The position numbers and the translations under genes were made by a program. From Heptranchias perlo (taxonomy: Eukaryota), in assembly GCF_035084215.1 (NCBI RefSeq), contig NC_090348.1:32860001-32924000 (forward strand): 64,000 bases of DNA, in the 5' to 3' direction. Below, one piece after another: positions 1 to 12,960 of this stretch. How positions within the stretch are numbered: position 1 is the first letter of the stretch; every line of letters starts with the position of its first letter. Under the pieces are notes generated by a model. That model was not told the origin of the DNA. It ran no database searches and was given only the letters and a program-made list of their open reading frames with translations.

Positions 1-208
1 TTCAGCTGAAACAAATGTCAAACATGCATAAACAATGGCCAAAATGTCAGCTTTCATTTTGATGAGCGAACAAATGTCTGCCATGTCAGGGCAAAGGTCA
101 TTGATATTGTGCTGCTTTTCAATCACCTAAAGGTAACCGAGTAATAAATGTCATTGTCCTTACTTTGCAGCATGCCACATGTCATGCTGTGTTTAGTATC
201 GTGACACA

Positions 209-379
209 AGTCAAACACAGTAACAGGAGATGCAGAGATTATATTTCCCAATATCCTTAGAAGTAAAGAAAGCAAAATAGAGAAGAGGTGGGATACTGGA
301 AGGACATAATGGAGAGAAGATTAGCATCTGTATGGAAACACTGTGAAGTTAAAGAGGAAGCTTTATCAAATGATAAGTG
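209..379 (+). repeat. 171-bp direct repeat, copy 1 (copy 2 at 2913-3083)
   Basis: Ungapped manual alignment to 2913-3083 gives 19 mismatches in 171 nt (~89% identity). Confidence 0.9.
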
Positions 380-864
380 CTCAATATAAATACTTCGTCT
401 TAGTCGAGTAAATCATTAGTACGTTTGGTAATTTTAATATTTACCTTTCAAAATAATCCCTTCAGAGGGACAGACAAGATAATTAGAGGGGCGGATGCTA
501 TCTTTTGTACTCCAGACTGAGAGTCCTGGATCATTTGTTGCTTCCCAGGTGCTAGGTAAAGGACAATTCCAAAAGACTGGAAAAGATTATGGAAGGGGAA
601 GGGAGAGCATTGAGTCATCATTGTCCTTGTGGGAGCCATCGGTGAAAGAAAGACCTGAACAAAATAAATTTCGGAGATTAGGAAGTAGGACTTCAAGAGT
701 GGTAATCGCCAATTGCTCCCTCAGCCATATGTGAGAATAGGGAAGAATAGGAAGATTAGGGAATTTAATGTGTGGCTGAAGAGGTGGTGTCAGGAAGAGA
801 GTTTCCATTTTATGGGGTATTGGCACCAGTTCTTGGGAAGATGGCAGCTATTCCTTAAGGATAA

Positions 865-1590
865 CCAGGCAATGACCATCTCCAACAAGAGAAAGTCTAA
901 CCACCTCCCCTTGACATTCAACGGCATTACCATTGCCGAATCCCCTACCATCAACATTGACCAGAAATTTAACTGGACCAGCCACATAAATACTGTGGCT
1001 ACAAGAGCAGGTCAGAGGCTGGGTATTCTGCGGCGAGTGACTCAACTCTTGACTCCCCAAAGCCTTTCCACCATCTACAAGGCACAAGTCAGGAGTGTGA
1101 TGGAATACTCTCCACTTGCCTGGATGAGTGCAGCTCCAACAACACTCAAGAAGCTCAACACCATCCAGGACAAAGCAGCCCGTTTGATTGGCACTCATCC
1201 ACCACCGGTGCACAGTGGCTGCAGTGTGTACCATCCACAGGATGCACTGCAGCAACTCGCCAAGGCTTCTTCGACAGCACCTCCCAAACCCGCGACCTCT
1301 GCCACCTAGAAGTACAAGGGCAGCAGGCACATGGGAACAACACCACCTGCACGTTCCCCTCCAAGTCACACACCATCCCGACTTGGAAACATATCACCGT
1401 TCCTTCATCGTTGCTGGGTCAAAATCCTGGAACTCCCTGCCAAACAGCACTGTGGGAGAACCTTCACCACACGGACTGCAGCGGTTCAAGGAGGCGGCTC
1501 ACCACCACCTTCTCAAGGGCAATTAGGGATGGGCAATAAAAATGCTGGCCTCGCCTGCGATGCCCACATCCCATGAATGAATAAAAAAAA
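865..1590 (+). mobile_element. 5'-truncated non-LTR retrotransposon (CR1-group) 3' end with poly(A), inserted into the CR1 ORF1
   Basis: RT C-terminal peptide WTSHINTVATRAGQRLGILRR..YKAQVRSVMEYSPLAW..IQDKAARLIG; 3' UTR ends aatgaataaaaaaaa; same family as 37775-38230. Confidence 0.85.
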
Positions 1591-1949
1591 TCTGAACAGG
1601 AAGGGAGTTAATGAACTGACAAAATGGATAAATAGGGGAGTCAAGAATCATTTAAATGAAGAAGGAAGGGGACAGGGAAAATAAAAGCAATCAACAATCA
1701 AGTAGAAATAGATGAGGTAAATATACAAATAGAAAAGAATTTAGAAAAAAGGATAGCATGCAGAAGGAATAAAGGGAGTAGAGAAGGAAAATCAAGTTGA
1801 CCAGATACAAGTAGAAAAAAGACTGGACAAAGAAAAACAAAGGAAAAGAAGTAGCTTAAAAAACAAGCGCATGTATTGCAATATTCAAGAGAGTGGGAAA
1901 TAAACTAGGGGAATTAGAAGCAGTTATGTCATAGGCTCCAAATTGGGCT

Positions 1950-2457
1950 TTAATATTTTTACTTCTAGACTGGTCTATTCCAATGCTCTCCTGGCCGGCC
2001 TCCATAATCTTGAGCTCATCCAAAACTCTGCTGCCCGTATCCTAACTCGCACCAAGTCTCATTTACCCATCACCCCTATGCTCGCTAACCCACGTTGGCT
2101 CCCGATCCGGGAACGCCTAGATTTTAAAATTCTCATCCTTTTTTTCAAATCCCTCCATGACCTTGCCCCTCCCTATCTCTGTAACCTCCTCCAGCCCTAC
2201 ATCCCTCCGAGATCTCTGCGCTCCTCCAATTCTTGCCTCTTGTGCATCCTCGTTTTTAATTGCTCGACCACTGATGGCCGTGCCTTCAGCTGCCTAGGCC
2301 CTAAGCTCTGGAATACCCTCCCTAAACCTCTATGTCTCTCTCTCTTCCTTTAAGACGCTCCTTAAAACCTACCTTTTTGACCAAGATTTTGGTCACCTGT
2401 TCTAATCTCCTTATGTGGCTCGGTGTCAAATTTTGTTTGATAATCGCTCCTGGGACG

Positions 2458-2498
<41 letters not shown>
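1950..2498 (+). mobile_element. L2-type LINE 3' fragment ending in a (GTT)n tail
   Basis: SRLVYSNALLAGL..IQNSAARILTRTK..ITPMLA..WLPI..FKILIL..RAFSCLGPKLWN; 3' UTR shared with 24355-24595. Confidence 0.85.
2457..2498 (+). repeat. (GTT)14 microsatellite, expanded L2 tail
   Basis: 42 nt of perfect GTT repeats read directly. Confidence 0.95.
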
Positions 2499-2912
2499 CA
2501 GAGTAAGTAAAGAAGGAAGACGAGTAGCAATGTTGGTGAAATGCTTACTTTAGAGAGGACTGATGTACACAAGAAGAGGTTCAGACAGAGTCAATAAAGA
2601 TGGCAACGAAAGATAAAAAAGGGATTGTTATCAATGGACTTGCACTACAGACCCCTAATTTTGGGAGGGAAACGGAAGAGGAAACCTATAAATAGATTAG
2701 GGAGATGAGATAAGTATGATTAACAAAATTATTGTTCTAGGAGATTTTAATTACCCACTTATTGATTGGAACAGGAAGGGAATCAACAGAGAATAAGGAA
2801 TGGTATTCCTAAAATGTATGCAGGATTCCTTCCTCAAGCAGTATGTTGTATGTCCACAAGAGAGATGCATTGCTAGATCTAGTTCTGAGTAATGAACTAG
2901 ATCAGGCAGTTG

Positions 2913-3083
2913 AGTTAAACACGGTAATAGGGAATGCCGAGATTATATTTCCTAATAACAGTAGAAGTAAAGAAAGCAAAGCAGAGAAGAGGTGGGATAG
3001 TGGAAGGACATAACGGGGAGAAGATTAGCAGCTGTATGGGAATACTATGAAGTTAAAGAGGAAGCTTTATCAAATGATAAGTG
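2913..3083 (+). repeat. 171-bp direct repeat, copy 2, inside the CR1 endonuclease region
   Basis: Matches 209-379; lies between LDLVLSNELDQAVELN and the EHL..SD-like motif. Confidence 0.9.
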
Positions 3084-3109
3084 AGCACCTCTGGGGTAGT
3101 GACGATAAT

Positions 3110-4050
3110 GTAGGAACATAGGAACAGGAATAGGCCATACAGCCCCTCGAGCCTGTTCCGCCATTCAATGAGATAATGGCTGATCTGTATCCTAACTCCA
3201 TCCACCCGCCTTGGTTCCATATCCCTTGGCAAGTAAAAATCTATCAATCTCAGATTTAAAATTATTAATTGAGCTAGCAGCTACTGTTTTTTGCGGGAGA
3301 GATTTCCACACTTCTACCACCCTTTGTGCGAAGAACTAGCAGAACTTCCTCCCTTTATATTCTAGCCCTCTAGTTCCATTGACGAACATTCCATTAGCCT
3401 TTTTAATTAATTTTTGTACCTGACTACTACATTTTAGTGATCTGTGTACATGGACCCCTAAATCTCTTTGGACCTCCACTGTCCCTAGCTTTTCACCATT
3501 TAAAAAATATTCCGATCTGTCCTTTTTGGTCCAAATTGGATGACCTCACACTTAACTGCGTTGAAATCCATCTGCCACAGTTTTGCCCACTCACTTAAAC
3601 TATCAATGTCTTTTTGTAATTTCATGCTCCCGTCTACACTACTTACTAATACACCAATCTTTGTGTCATTGGCAATCTTGGATATATGGCTCTCTATTGT
3701 GTTATCTAATTCACTAATAAATATAGTGAATGGTTGAGGTCCCAGCACAGATCCTTGTGGGACACCACTAGTCATTTCCTTCCAATTTGAGTACATACCC
3801 ATTATCCCTACTCTCTGTCTTCTACCACCTAACCAATCTCCTAACCAGGTCAATAATTTGCCTTCAATTCCATGAGCTTTAACTTTAGCTAACAGCCTCT
3901 TATGTGGAACCTTATCGAGTGCTTTCTGGAAGTCTATGTAAACTACATCCATAGACATTCCCAGTCTACAACTTTAGTTATGTCCTCAAAAAATTCAATT
4001 CGGTTCGTTACACATGACCTACCTTTTACAGATCCATGTTGGCTCTCTCT
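3110..4050 (-). mobile_element. CR1 LINE RT fragment plus 3' UTR
   Basis: ORF 3500-3958(-): DVVYIDFQKALDKVPH..SGVPQGSVLGP..SKIANDTK..WQMDFN; CR1 tail (ttcctatgttcct on minus). Confidence 0.9.
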
Positions 4051-7000
4051 ATGAAACCATATGATATGGTTTAAGGTCTAAATAGAAAGAGAAAAATTTA
4101 GTACAAAAACAAAAGTACTAGATTTGAATAGGACAGATTTAACAAAAGCGAGGAGTGAGCTAGCTGAAGTGAGATGGAAAAAGGAATTGATACACATGAC
4201 TGTAGATCATCAATGAGATGTTTTTAGAAAGGAGATTGCAAAGTTGTAGAATAAGTCTATATATTTAAAAAAAAAAGCAGACCACTTCACATTTCAGAAT
4301 GCTGTGGGTAAATAAAAAAAGTTAGGAACAAATTAAAACTGAAGAAGAGGGCACATGGGATGTACAGGTATAATAAAAATAAGAAAGGAGAGAAAACAAG
4401 ATAGTAAGGAAAGAAGTTAAGAACGGGATAAAGAAAGCAAAAGAGAGAATATCAGTAGACAATTGCAAAAAAAAAATGAAGAACAGTAAAGTATTCTACA
4501 AATATACCAGTAAAAAGAGAATTGTTAAATGTGAGATGGGTTCCCTAAGAGGAGAGGATTGTGAGTTAGTGGAGGATAGGCAAAAATTGACAGGGATACT
4601 TAACAAGTTCTTCATTTCCATGTTTACAAAGGAGGATATTGAGGAGGAGGTAAATCCTGAATTGGTTAAAGCGAGATGCGAGATATAATAAATAAAAAGA
4701 AACTATTAGAAAAGTTAGTTAAGCAAAAGGGGGACAAAGTGCCAGGACTTGACGGGATGCATCCAAGGAGGGAAGCAGAGAAATAAATCATGGAGGTCCT
4801 CAAAATTATATTTCAGGGTTTTATTGAGAATGGATGTGTACTGGGGGACTGGAGAATGTACAATGTAATATCCATTTTCAAAAAGGAGACCATGCTAACC
4901 CGGATGAATCAAGACCGGTTACTTTAACCTCTGTGGTAGGGACAATTTTGGAATCTTTAAAGAAAAAATGACTAAATATCTAGCTGAAGAGAGAATAATT
5001 AGAAGCAGCCAACTCGGATTTCAGAAAGGAAGATCATGCTTGACAAATGTATTGGAGTTCTTTGAGGAGATGCCAGATATGGTAGATGCAGTTTCTCAAA
5101 TAATGTATCTACTGCACTTCTACTTTATTTTCGATGGGTCAGCTCCAAATAGCCTTTCATATTATCTCATTTTACATTAATATTCATGCCCCGTGTTTGG
5201 TCACATAATAAATTGGGACCCACTTCGATGTGCAGTATTTTGCAAATAATTATCACACCTGTGAGCCAAATTGTTTTATTTAATAAAAACTCTTAATAGC
5301 ATAACACCATTAAAATGTACCAATGGGACAACTTCTCTATAAACAGCGTTATGAAAAATGAGATAACTTAATTGAATCAGGGTTAATGAAAGCTGACGAG
5401 GGTTGAGCCATTCTGTACTTAAAATACCTGGTGTCTAATAACTTTGAGGCCATTTTATATCGTAAGGCTGCTGATGTTCTGATTTACCTCTTTCATATTG
5501 TGGTTTGGATTCAGAACAACAATCGTAACAATGAAACAACCGCACGTGCACAAGATCTTTACACCTATAGTTGTTTAAAGGGCATTAGAATGACTTTAGG
5601 TTTCAGGCCACAGACCTTCCACAATGTCCAAGGGAAGGTTCATAAAGCCTAGCAATGTAAAAAAAAATACTGGATTGTATGGGTGGGTTGAGTGCTACAC
5701 TGGCAGACGAGAAAGCACAGTAGTCAGCAGAAGCTTGTGCTTATGGGGTTGGAAAATTACATTTGCCTCAGAGGCAAGAGGTGAAACTACCTCAGCAAAG
5801 TCTCTCCTCTTCAGTGTTAAAATAATTTCCAGCGCAATCAGCATCCCACTCAGAATATTCGTCTGTACCTTACAGTTTCATGTGCATTCTGTGAGAGTCA
5901 GTCAGTCGGCCGTCCTGTTCGAATTACGCACAAATAAACGGTGATTAAGAAGTTTGGATTGTGCAGCTTCTTTGAGTGACAGAAGTGGTCCGCGTTACAG
6001 AACACTTAGCAATTTCGTGTCAGCTAAACTCCATCTGTGGTTTTTGCCCACTATTCTTATCGATTTTACTTCAAAGTGCATTTAAGTAACAAAATGGCAT
6101 TCCACATTCCAAGGTTCAATAGCAAAATTTTACAGCTTCACAACAAAACATTTTAGAATTACCCACTGAAAAGAAATGTCTCAACAAAATAAATGCAAAA
6201 TTAATGAGTTGCTTTAAATAAAATCAAGAATCCTTCTATTTACACGTATTCAAAAGCACACACAAAATGTAACGGGTGTCACATGTTATGTTGCAAAGTC
6301 AATAATGTAATGATTTATTATGAAGAGCCACCATTAGTAACTTGAATCTGCCTCAGTAGTAATACAATCCCAGATCAAATAAACTTTATTTCAATCTCCT
6401 CATTTGTTATCTCAAAAGAAAAGGTTTTCTTCAGAAATTGTCTGAACAACATATCAGTACAGTAGGAATCACTTAAAGTGCTAAAAAAACAAACAAAGCC
6501 AAACAAACTCCACATACCTGAAAGTCTAGGCGAAGAAATCCAGGTCTTTAGACATGCGCCTTCAGAGCTAGGATTAAATGCTCATCGTTTTATTTGGGCT
6601 GCAACAAATCATGCTGGAGGTCAAAGTGGGGCTGACAACATGGATGGTAGTACCGCATTCCTTGGCTGTTGCCTGATCCTTTCTGATCTTTGAACCTTTC
6701 ACGTTAGGCAGTTCCAGCACACATCACAATAACAGCTTTAATTGGAAACGACCAAGTTCAAGAGGCTGTACGGTGCCACTGTCAGGACTGTGGTAACATT
6801 CTGCTCAAGTGCGAAGACTAGGCTACGGTGAAAGGGTGGGCGGCAGTAGGAGGTGGTAAACGAGTCTGTAACCTGTAGTTCTTTATGTAACTCATGCACA
6901 CCCCTTGGAGATTCAACAGAAATGAATAAAATTGTGCAGTGGATCTATGTTGCGCCTGTTAGACTAAAATAACGTACAAAGATACAGCTGAGTGACACAA

Positions 7001-7199
7001 ACCCTTTAAATACTGAGGGAGGGTCTCACTAGCAGATGAGAAATGGGGGAGGGGGTGGGGGAAGAGACTCAAATGGAGGTCAGAGACAGGGGGAGAGGCT
7101 CACTGAAGGATAAGAGATGGGGGAGAAGTTGACTGAAGGATTGTGGACCTCGAGTATAAGGAACATGAAGTAAGGCAAAAGGTCCTCTGTTTACGACCA

Positions 7200-9190
7200 G
7201 GACATGTCACTTTTAATTTCTATCGTGGCCATGTAACCTGAATTCCCTCTATGTCCATTTGAGGGCAGAGGCTGTCCCCAACAGCTACTGCCCTCAATGA
7301 CTCCTCATCTTCAGTGACTTCAATCTCCATCACAGCTCCCCTTTCCCTCTTTCCTCTAAATTCACTGGCCTCCTGTTCTCCATTAGCCTCTCACTCACTT
7401 ACTTACTTGCTGAACTGTCTTACCCATATTCACAGCCATTCCATCAACCTTGCCATTTCCTGTGGGTTCTCTACTCCAATGGTTTTGATCACTGACAAGG
7501 CCATTTCTGACCACTTCTTTGTATTTCTCACCACCCCCATCTCCGTACCCCCTTCCTTTTGCATCTGCCCCGGAAATTTTTTTCCCCCAAGTCACTTACA
7601 ACTGCACTTTCAACCTCCCGACTGCCTAGCCTTTGGCCCTCCATTCACCCAAGATACTTTTACAGCTGTCAATAATTCAACCGCTCCCTCAGCTCCACCT
7701 TTGATGCCCTTGTCCCCAGCAAAACCATTACTCTCTTCCATCTCAATAGTTATCCCTGGATTGTCCTCCATTTTTGTTCCCTCATGTCCAAGGGATACAG
7801 ACTTGAGCGTGTCTGACACACAACTGCTTTAGCCATCCATAACTATATCTGGCTTTATCACATCATGTGCTATCGAGCTACACTCTCCTCTGCCAAAAGC
7901 GTTGGGTTTTGCAGGATCATCGTGGAGAGCAAAGATAACCCTGGCCTTCTTTTCTCCACTATCAACCATCTCCTTAAACTTCTGCCACCTCTACTCTCAC
8001 CTCCTTGAACTCTGTGCACCCTTTGACACAGTCAACCATGCCATCATCCTGCAAAGCCTCTGCTCCATTATCCACTTAGTCGGACTGCCCTCACTTGCTG
8101 CCACTCTTACCTAATCAATGATGGTTAAAGCATCTCCAGCAATAGCTTCTCATCCTGCCCCTGCATTGTTATTTCTGGAATCCCTAAAGGATCTATTCTC
8201 AGCCCCCTCCTCTTCCCCATCTATATGCCGCCCCTTGGCAACATCAGCCGCAGAAATGGGGTCAGCTTCCAAAAGTACGCTGATGACACACAACTTACCT
8301 CTCTACCAGCTCTCTCGACCTCTCCACTGCCTCTGTGTTGTTAGATTTCTTGTCTGACAGCCAGTCGTGGATCAGTCACAATTTTCTCCAATTAAATGTT
8401 GGGAAGACCAAAGCCATTATTTTTGGCTCCCATTACAAACTCCATACCCTTGCCACCAATTCCATCTCCCTCAACAGCCACTGTTTCAGGCTGAACCAGA
8501 ATTTTCAGAACCCCAGCGTCCTTTCGACACTGATCTCAAATCTTCTCAGTCACAAAGACCGCCTAATTTTACATGCATAACATCACCCACCTCAATCCCT
8601 ACCTCAACCCTCTGCTCCTGAAACTCTCTTCCTTGTCTTTGTCACCTACAGACTCAACTAATCCATTTCTCTTCTGTCTGGCCTCCCATCATCCACCCTC
8701 TGTAAATGTTAGCCCATCCAAAACTCTGCAGCCCATATCCTATCTTCCAACAAGTACTGCTCAACCATCACTCCTCCTGGCTGACCCATAATGGCTCCAA
8801 GTCCCCCAAAGCCTCAAATTTAAAAATTCTCATCCTCATGTTTAAATCTCATCATAACTTCACTTCTTGCTATCTCTGTAACCTCCTCCAGTCCCCTGTA
8901 ACTCTTCATTCCTCTGGCTCTGGCCTCTGGCGCATCCCACCTCCCTTCACCCGACTACTGACGGCTGTGCATTCAGGTGCCTAGGCCCCATGCTGACGAA
9001 TTCCTTCCTTCAGCCCCTCTGCCTCTCCACCTCTCTCTCCGCCTATAAAACCCTTCTTAAAACCCATGCCTTTGATCAAGGTTTTAGTCACTCCTTCTAA
9101 TATTGCCTTCTTTAGCTTGACATCTAGTGTTTTGATTATGCCTCTGTAAAGAGATGTTTTTGTACATTAAAGGAGAATTGTTATTGATGA
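7200..9190 (+). mobile_element. Old degraded L2 LINE
   Basis: Remnant motifs ISDHF, PFDTVNHAIIL, GSILSPLLF, YADDTQL, NFLQLNVGKTK, KILILMFK; C/T-rich; L2 3' UTR near 9050-9180. Confidence 0.8.
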
Positions 9191-11363
9191 TGCTTTCTGT
9201 AAGTTAATGAGAAGAATATGTTCCAATGCTTTCTTTGGCAACAAGACACTGAAAAAAAAAGCATTCATACTTTGAGCAGTACAAAAAGGATTAAAAATAA
9301 TATTTGTATTTTTTTACATAACAGCGCCAACTGAAAAGAAACTTGACTCAATATCAAATGTCTTTCCAAGATTCTCAGGGTCATCTGGACAAATGAAACG
9401 ATGACAAATGTGATCAGAGAAAGGACAAGCAACTGCCGGTAAGTTGAATTGCAAAATTAAAGTGCCTCAGTCACTGGGTCATCAGCTCAGGATGCAAAAC
9501 TTCAAAATACTGCACTGAGCACAGAAACAGCGACTGGGTGGAAAAGAGAAGCATGAGAGGTCAAGAATAACCTGGGAAAGCACCGAGAGAATGACCTCCT
9601 GGAGCTGATATAGGGAAAAAGTTCAGCAGCTAGACAAAAACAAGGTGAAGTGGAAGAGATTGATGCTACACTTATGTGTATGAGACTCGACCCACAAACT
9701 AATAGCGTTCTTTTACACATTAAAGACTGCCTATTTTTAAGATTAACAAATGCAAACTGAACACCTCACCCCTTCCTTTAAGTAAGCACAAGAACAGAAT
9801 GCCAAATCAAAAGTCGCGTTTTTAACTCAAAACTCTGCTTGTTCATAATTAATCAAATTTCCATTCTTCATTTGAACAGCAACCAAAATATTTACACCAA
9901 CGGTAGTTATAAAACATAAAAGTGACTTGTATTTAAAACTGCCAATCTCCATTGTCATTTTGACTGAAGACAATCACACAGTTAGGACTAAAGCATTAAA
10001 AAAATACTACAAATCAAGCACAAGATCATCAACACCCGGTCAGGCTTCCAAATAAATGCATGAAGCTGTAAAGATATCATGAAACAAATTATGCATAAAT
10101 TCAAGGGACTGTGAAAGAGTTAAAAGTCATTGTAATTTTCAACTGTTTCATCAAAGCTATCTTTATTGCAATCACCCTCCAGACTTTTCCAGACTGTTTA
10201 TTATTTAATATGACAGATGACCTCTAAATGCTATTTTTCTCCCGAGTAAGTTAGTGACTGGTCCACGTTGTATTGAACCAGGGGCAAGAATATGTACTGT
10301 GGTCGCTGTATGCCGAAAATCGTGAGCATGTCCTTTTTGAACGCATTTACCACATCACCAAATTTGGTGAACAGAACAATTCTTCCCCCACACCGGATAG
10401 TTTTAAAAAAACTATTGAGACACTTTCTTTACAACTTGTACACGAGTCTTGACATGTCTATTGCCACACAGGCATTTGATGGTAAGGCAGTCTGATGTCA
10501 GTGTTTAATGTATCATGTGCCCTATAAAAACCTCGTATAAGAATTCTGTGATGTTTCTGTGACCTTTGTTAACACCTTTTCCAATGTGTCCTTGTATTTG
10601 TGAAGTTAGTACTTCTTTAAAACCAACAGATTGTGTTGAGGTTCACATCCATTGCACTTTTCTCAGGCAGTTGCTTGTGCTATTTTGAAACTGGACATTA
10701 AAAGGTGCACCAGGACTTGGACTTCATTTTTGACAGTACAAATGATATGCTGGGTTTTGTCATGTGGAGTACTGTAGGAGCAAATCAGACCTATGGCACA
10801 CCTCATGAGCACCGCACTGCCTGAGTGATGGTTGAAATGTAACTGAATGTTAAAGAGTTGATGACTAGAGACAGAGATCTCTTTGTTATGATTGTGACAG
10901 TTACACCTAAACCGATATTATCTGTTAAAGTTGCAATATGTAAACAGTTTCATCTTGAGATTGAATTCTTCAATTCTTTTCATTTTTAAATCTCAGTCAC
11001 CATATTCGTATAATTAAAAAAGACAAAATAAAATATAATTAACAAAAGATAAAATAATTAGTGATTTTGTGAAGAGTATATAAAATATTTTACATTTCAA
11101 AGATGATTAAAAAACATCCCACAATGACAATGGGAAACAATTTAAGGTTAATGGTTACAATTATTTGGCTGGTTTTCTCTTCCCTATTAATTCTGGCTCA
11201 TGGGCTACTGTAATAAATAGAGTCAGTGGGCACTTTGCTCCAGGCCTCTACCAAGACTACTCTTAGCTGGCTGTAAATTGGTGTGTCAGCTCAACCTAGG
11301 AATGAATCGCTCTGTTTTTCTCCTCATCACTGGGCAAGTATCTTTCTTCCATTTATTGCCTCC

Positions 11364-11968
11364 CCACAGAATTTTGACTGAGATCAGAAACTCTTTTGCG
11401 AGACATCACGTTGTGCTCCAGTGCTCCACAAGGTAAACGAAAGGTGGGGGGGTGGGCAGAGAGATCGTGGGGGGGGTTTCGTGTATAGATTGGGGGAGGG
11501 GGTGGAGGGATCGGGGGGCCATGATTGCAGGGTCCGATCTCAAGGTGGGGGGGGGGGGGTGACCGATCGTGGGGAGGTGGGGGTCTGATCACCGGGGGTG
11601 GGGGGGGAAACAGGTTAGCTAGAGGGGCCGGGGGAAGCACTCCTGCTCCTACTGGCCCACAAGCAATGCTGGAAAAGCACTTACCTACTGGATCCGGCCA
11701 TTCTTGCCTCCCTTCGGCTGCCGCCGAGTCCTGGGAAACCCGGCCTGCAGTCATTAAATTTAAAACTGTACTAAAATTTGAGGCAGGCAGCCTCATTAAA
11801 ATATTTAAATTACAGCCCCGCCTCTGGAGAGCAGGTCAGACGCCCACCCCCCAACCCGTTAAAACCGGAAGTGGGCGCTTTGGGGTCAGGTTTCCCACTT
11901 GTGAATTTTTAAATCCCCCCCGACCCCCGCTCCTCTCCCACCCATCCTGGGGAGTTAAAATTTTTGCC
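11364..11968. mobile_element. GC-rich non-autonomous DNA transposon (PIF/Harbinger-type MITE)
   Basis: Degenerate TIR-like ends (cagaattttgac / gttaaaatttttgcc); the internal block ggggaagcactcctgctcc..ggcccacaagc..gcactta is shared with 26866-27674. Confidence 0.7.
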
Positions 11969-12639
11969 GATAAATGAGAATTAGCAAAATATTTTAGTAA
12001 ATGGGAAATCGAAACTCATCTTCAATGTCATAGTGGTTCTGATAAGCATTATTAAGTTTTAAGGTGAATATTTTATTCCTGTGTGTGACTGTCCTTATAC
12101 ACACGCACATTACAATGAAGCCTCCAAACAATTGGCATTTTTGTCAGTTGTAATCATTTGCCACTTGCATATCATAGTCTGCTCTTCAGAATCATTAAAA
12201 TGTCAATGGCAATATCAAAGGCCCCAAATTGTTACTTTTACCTCACCGTCACATCGATCCCTGTAGTGACTTTATCTTTCCCTAACTCTGAATGGGTGCA
12301 GAGGCCAATGCAAGACAAGTTACTAACAACAGACCAATATACATCTGGTCTTTTTATACTGCGTGTCATGTGTCAGGTCAGCTCTCAGGATGATACTGCA
12401 CTGACTTCAAAAGTACAGTATAAAAGCAGCATGTTGTCATCTGGTTGCAGACTACTTCAGGACACTCCATATCATTTACAGTAGGTTTAAGAGTCCTTTT
12501 GAATAATAACATTAACAGTGGGTACTGGAATTATAACTCTGTATACTTCCAGACTCACTGCTGTTATATCTCAACAGGTTCCAATCCAAAAAGAATGAAT
12601 CATTCCTTTGTATTTGCCTGTTATTATTTATGATTAATG

Positions 12640-12960
12640 ATCAGTAGGTCGGCTTGGGTGAAAGGGGGCGGGGTTCATTCTCAGGGCGGCAGGGAGGAAC
12701 CCAATGCGAGCGTGGCCCAGGTTGTTTTTGTGGAGACTGGAGGAGCACTTCTCTCTTTGTGGGGCCAGGAGGAACAGATTAAAATTTACTTGTTGGGCTT
12801 CTCTTTAGCTGGACCGCCAGGTGATACCGGGCGGAACGGGCACAGTGCATACTCCACCCAGTAGTGCCCTAAAATGGCAATTTTATACCACATGACCCCC
12901 AATTTGCATCTTAAAAGGGCCTACCGCCAGATTCTGGCCACCCAGCAGTCGGCCATTCAG
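12640..12960. mobile_element. Degraded GC-rich MITE remnant
   Basis: Motifs ggaggagcacttc, gtggggccaggagga and aatttgcat resemble the other Harbinger-type MITEs; no TIR/TSD resolved. Confidence 0.4.

Larger units (their letters stand above)
455..5090 (+). mobile_element. Degraded CR1 LINE (ORF1 SGNH-esterase, ORF2 endonuclease and start of RT), interrupted by several insertions
   Basis: Segments ~455-864, 1591-1940, 2499-2912, 3084-3109, 4051-5090. ORF1-like IIRGADAIFC..CCFPGAR and REFNVWLKRWCQEESFHF..W; ORF2-like VGNKLGELEA, GDFNYP, LDLVLSNE, SD-like catalytic motif, KVFYKY, LNKFFISMFTKE, GFQKGRSCLTN. Many stops and frameshifts. Confidence 0.8.

Noticed and set aside
713-1309. 198-aa ORF as a gene
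   Set aside because: Chance in-frame fusion of CR1 ORF1 remnant and an inserted LINE RT C-terminus.
10250-10420. CpG-containing stretch open on both strands with a 16-bp palindrome (tcaccaaatttggtga)
   Set aside because: No convincing splice sites or recognisable peptide; a single short palindrome is weak evidence.
11353-11977. Pro-rich and Gly-rich ORFs (also 26876-27520)
   Set aside because: Translations of G/C runs inside MITEs.
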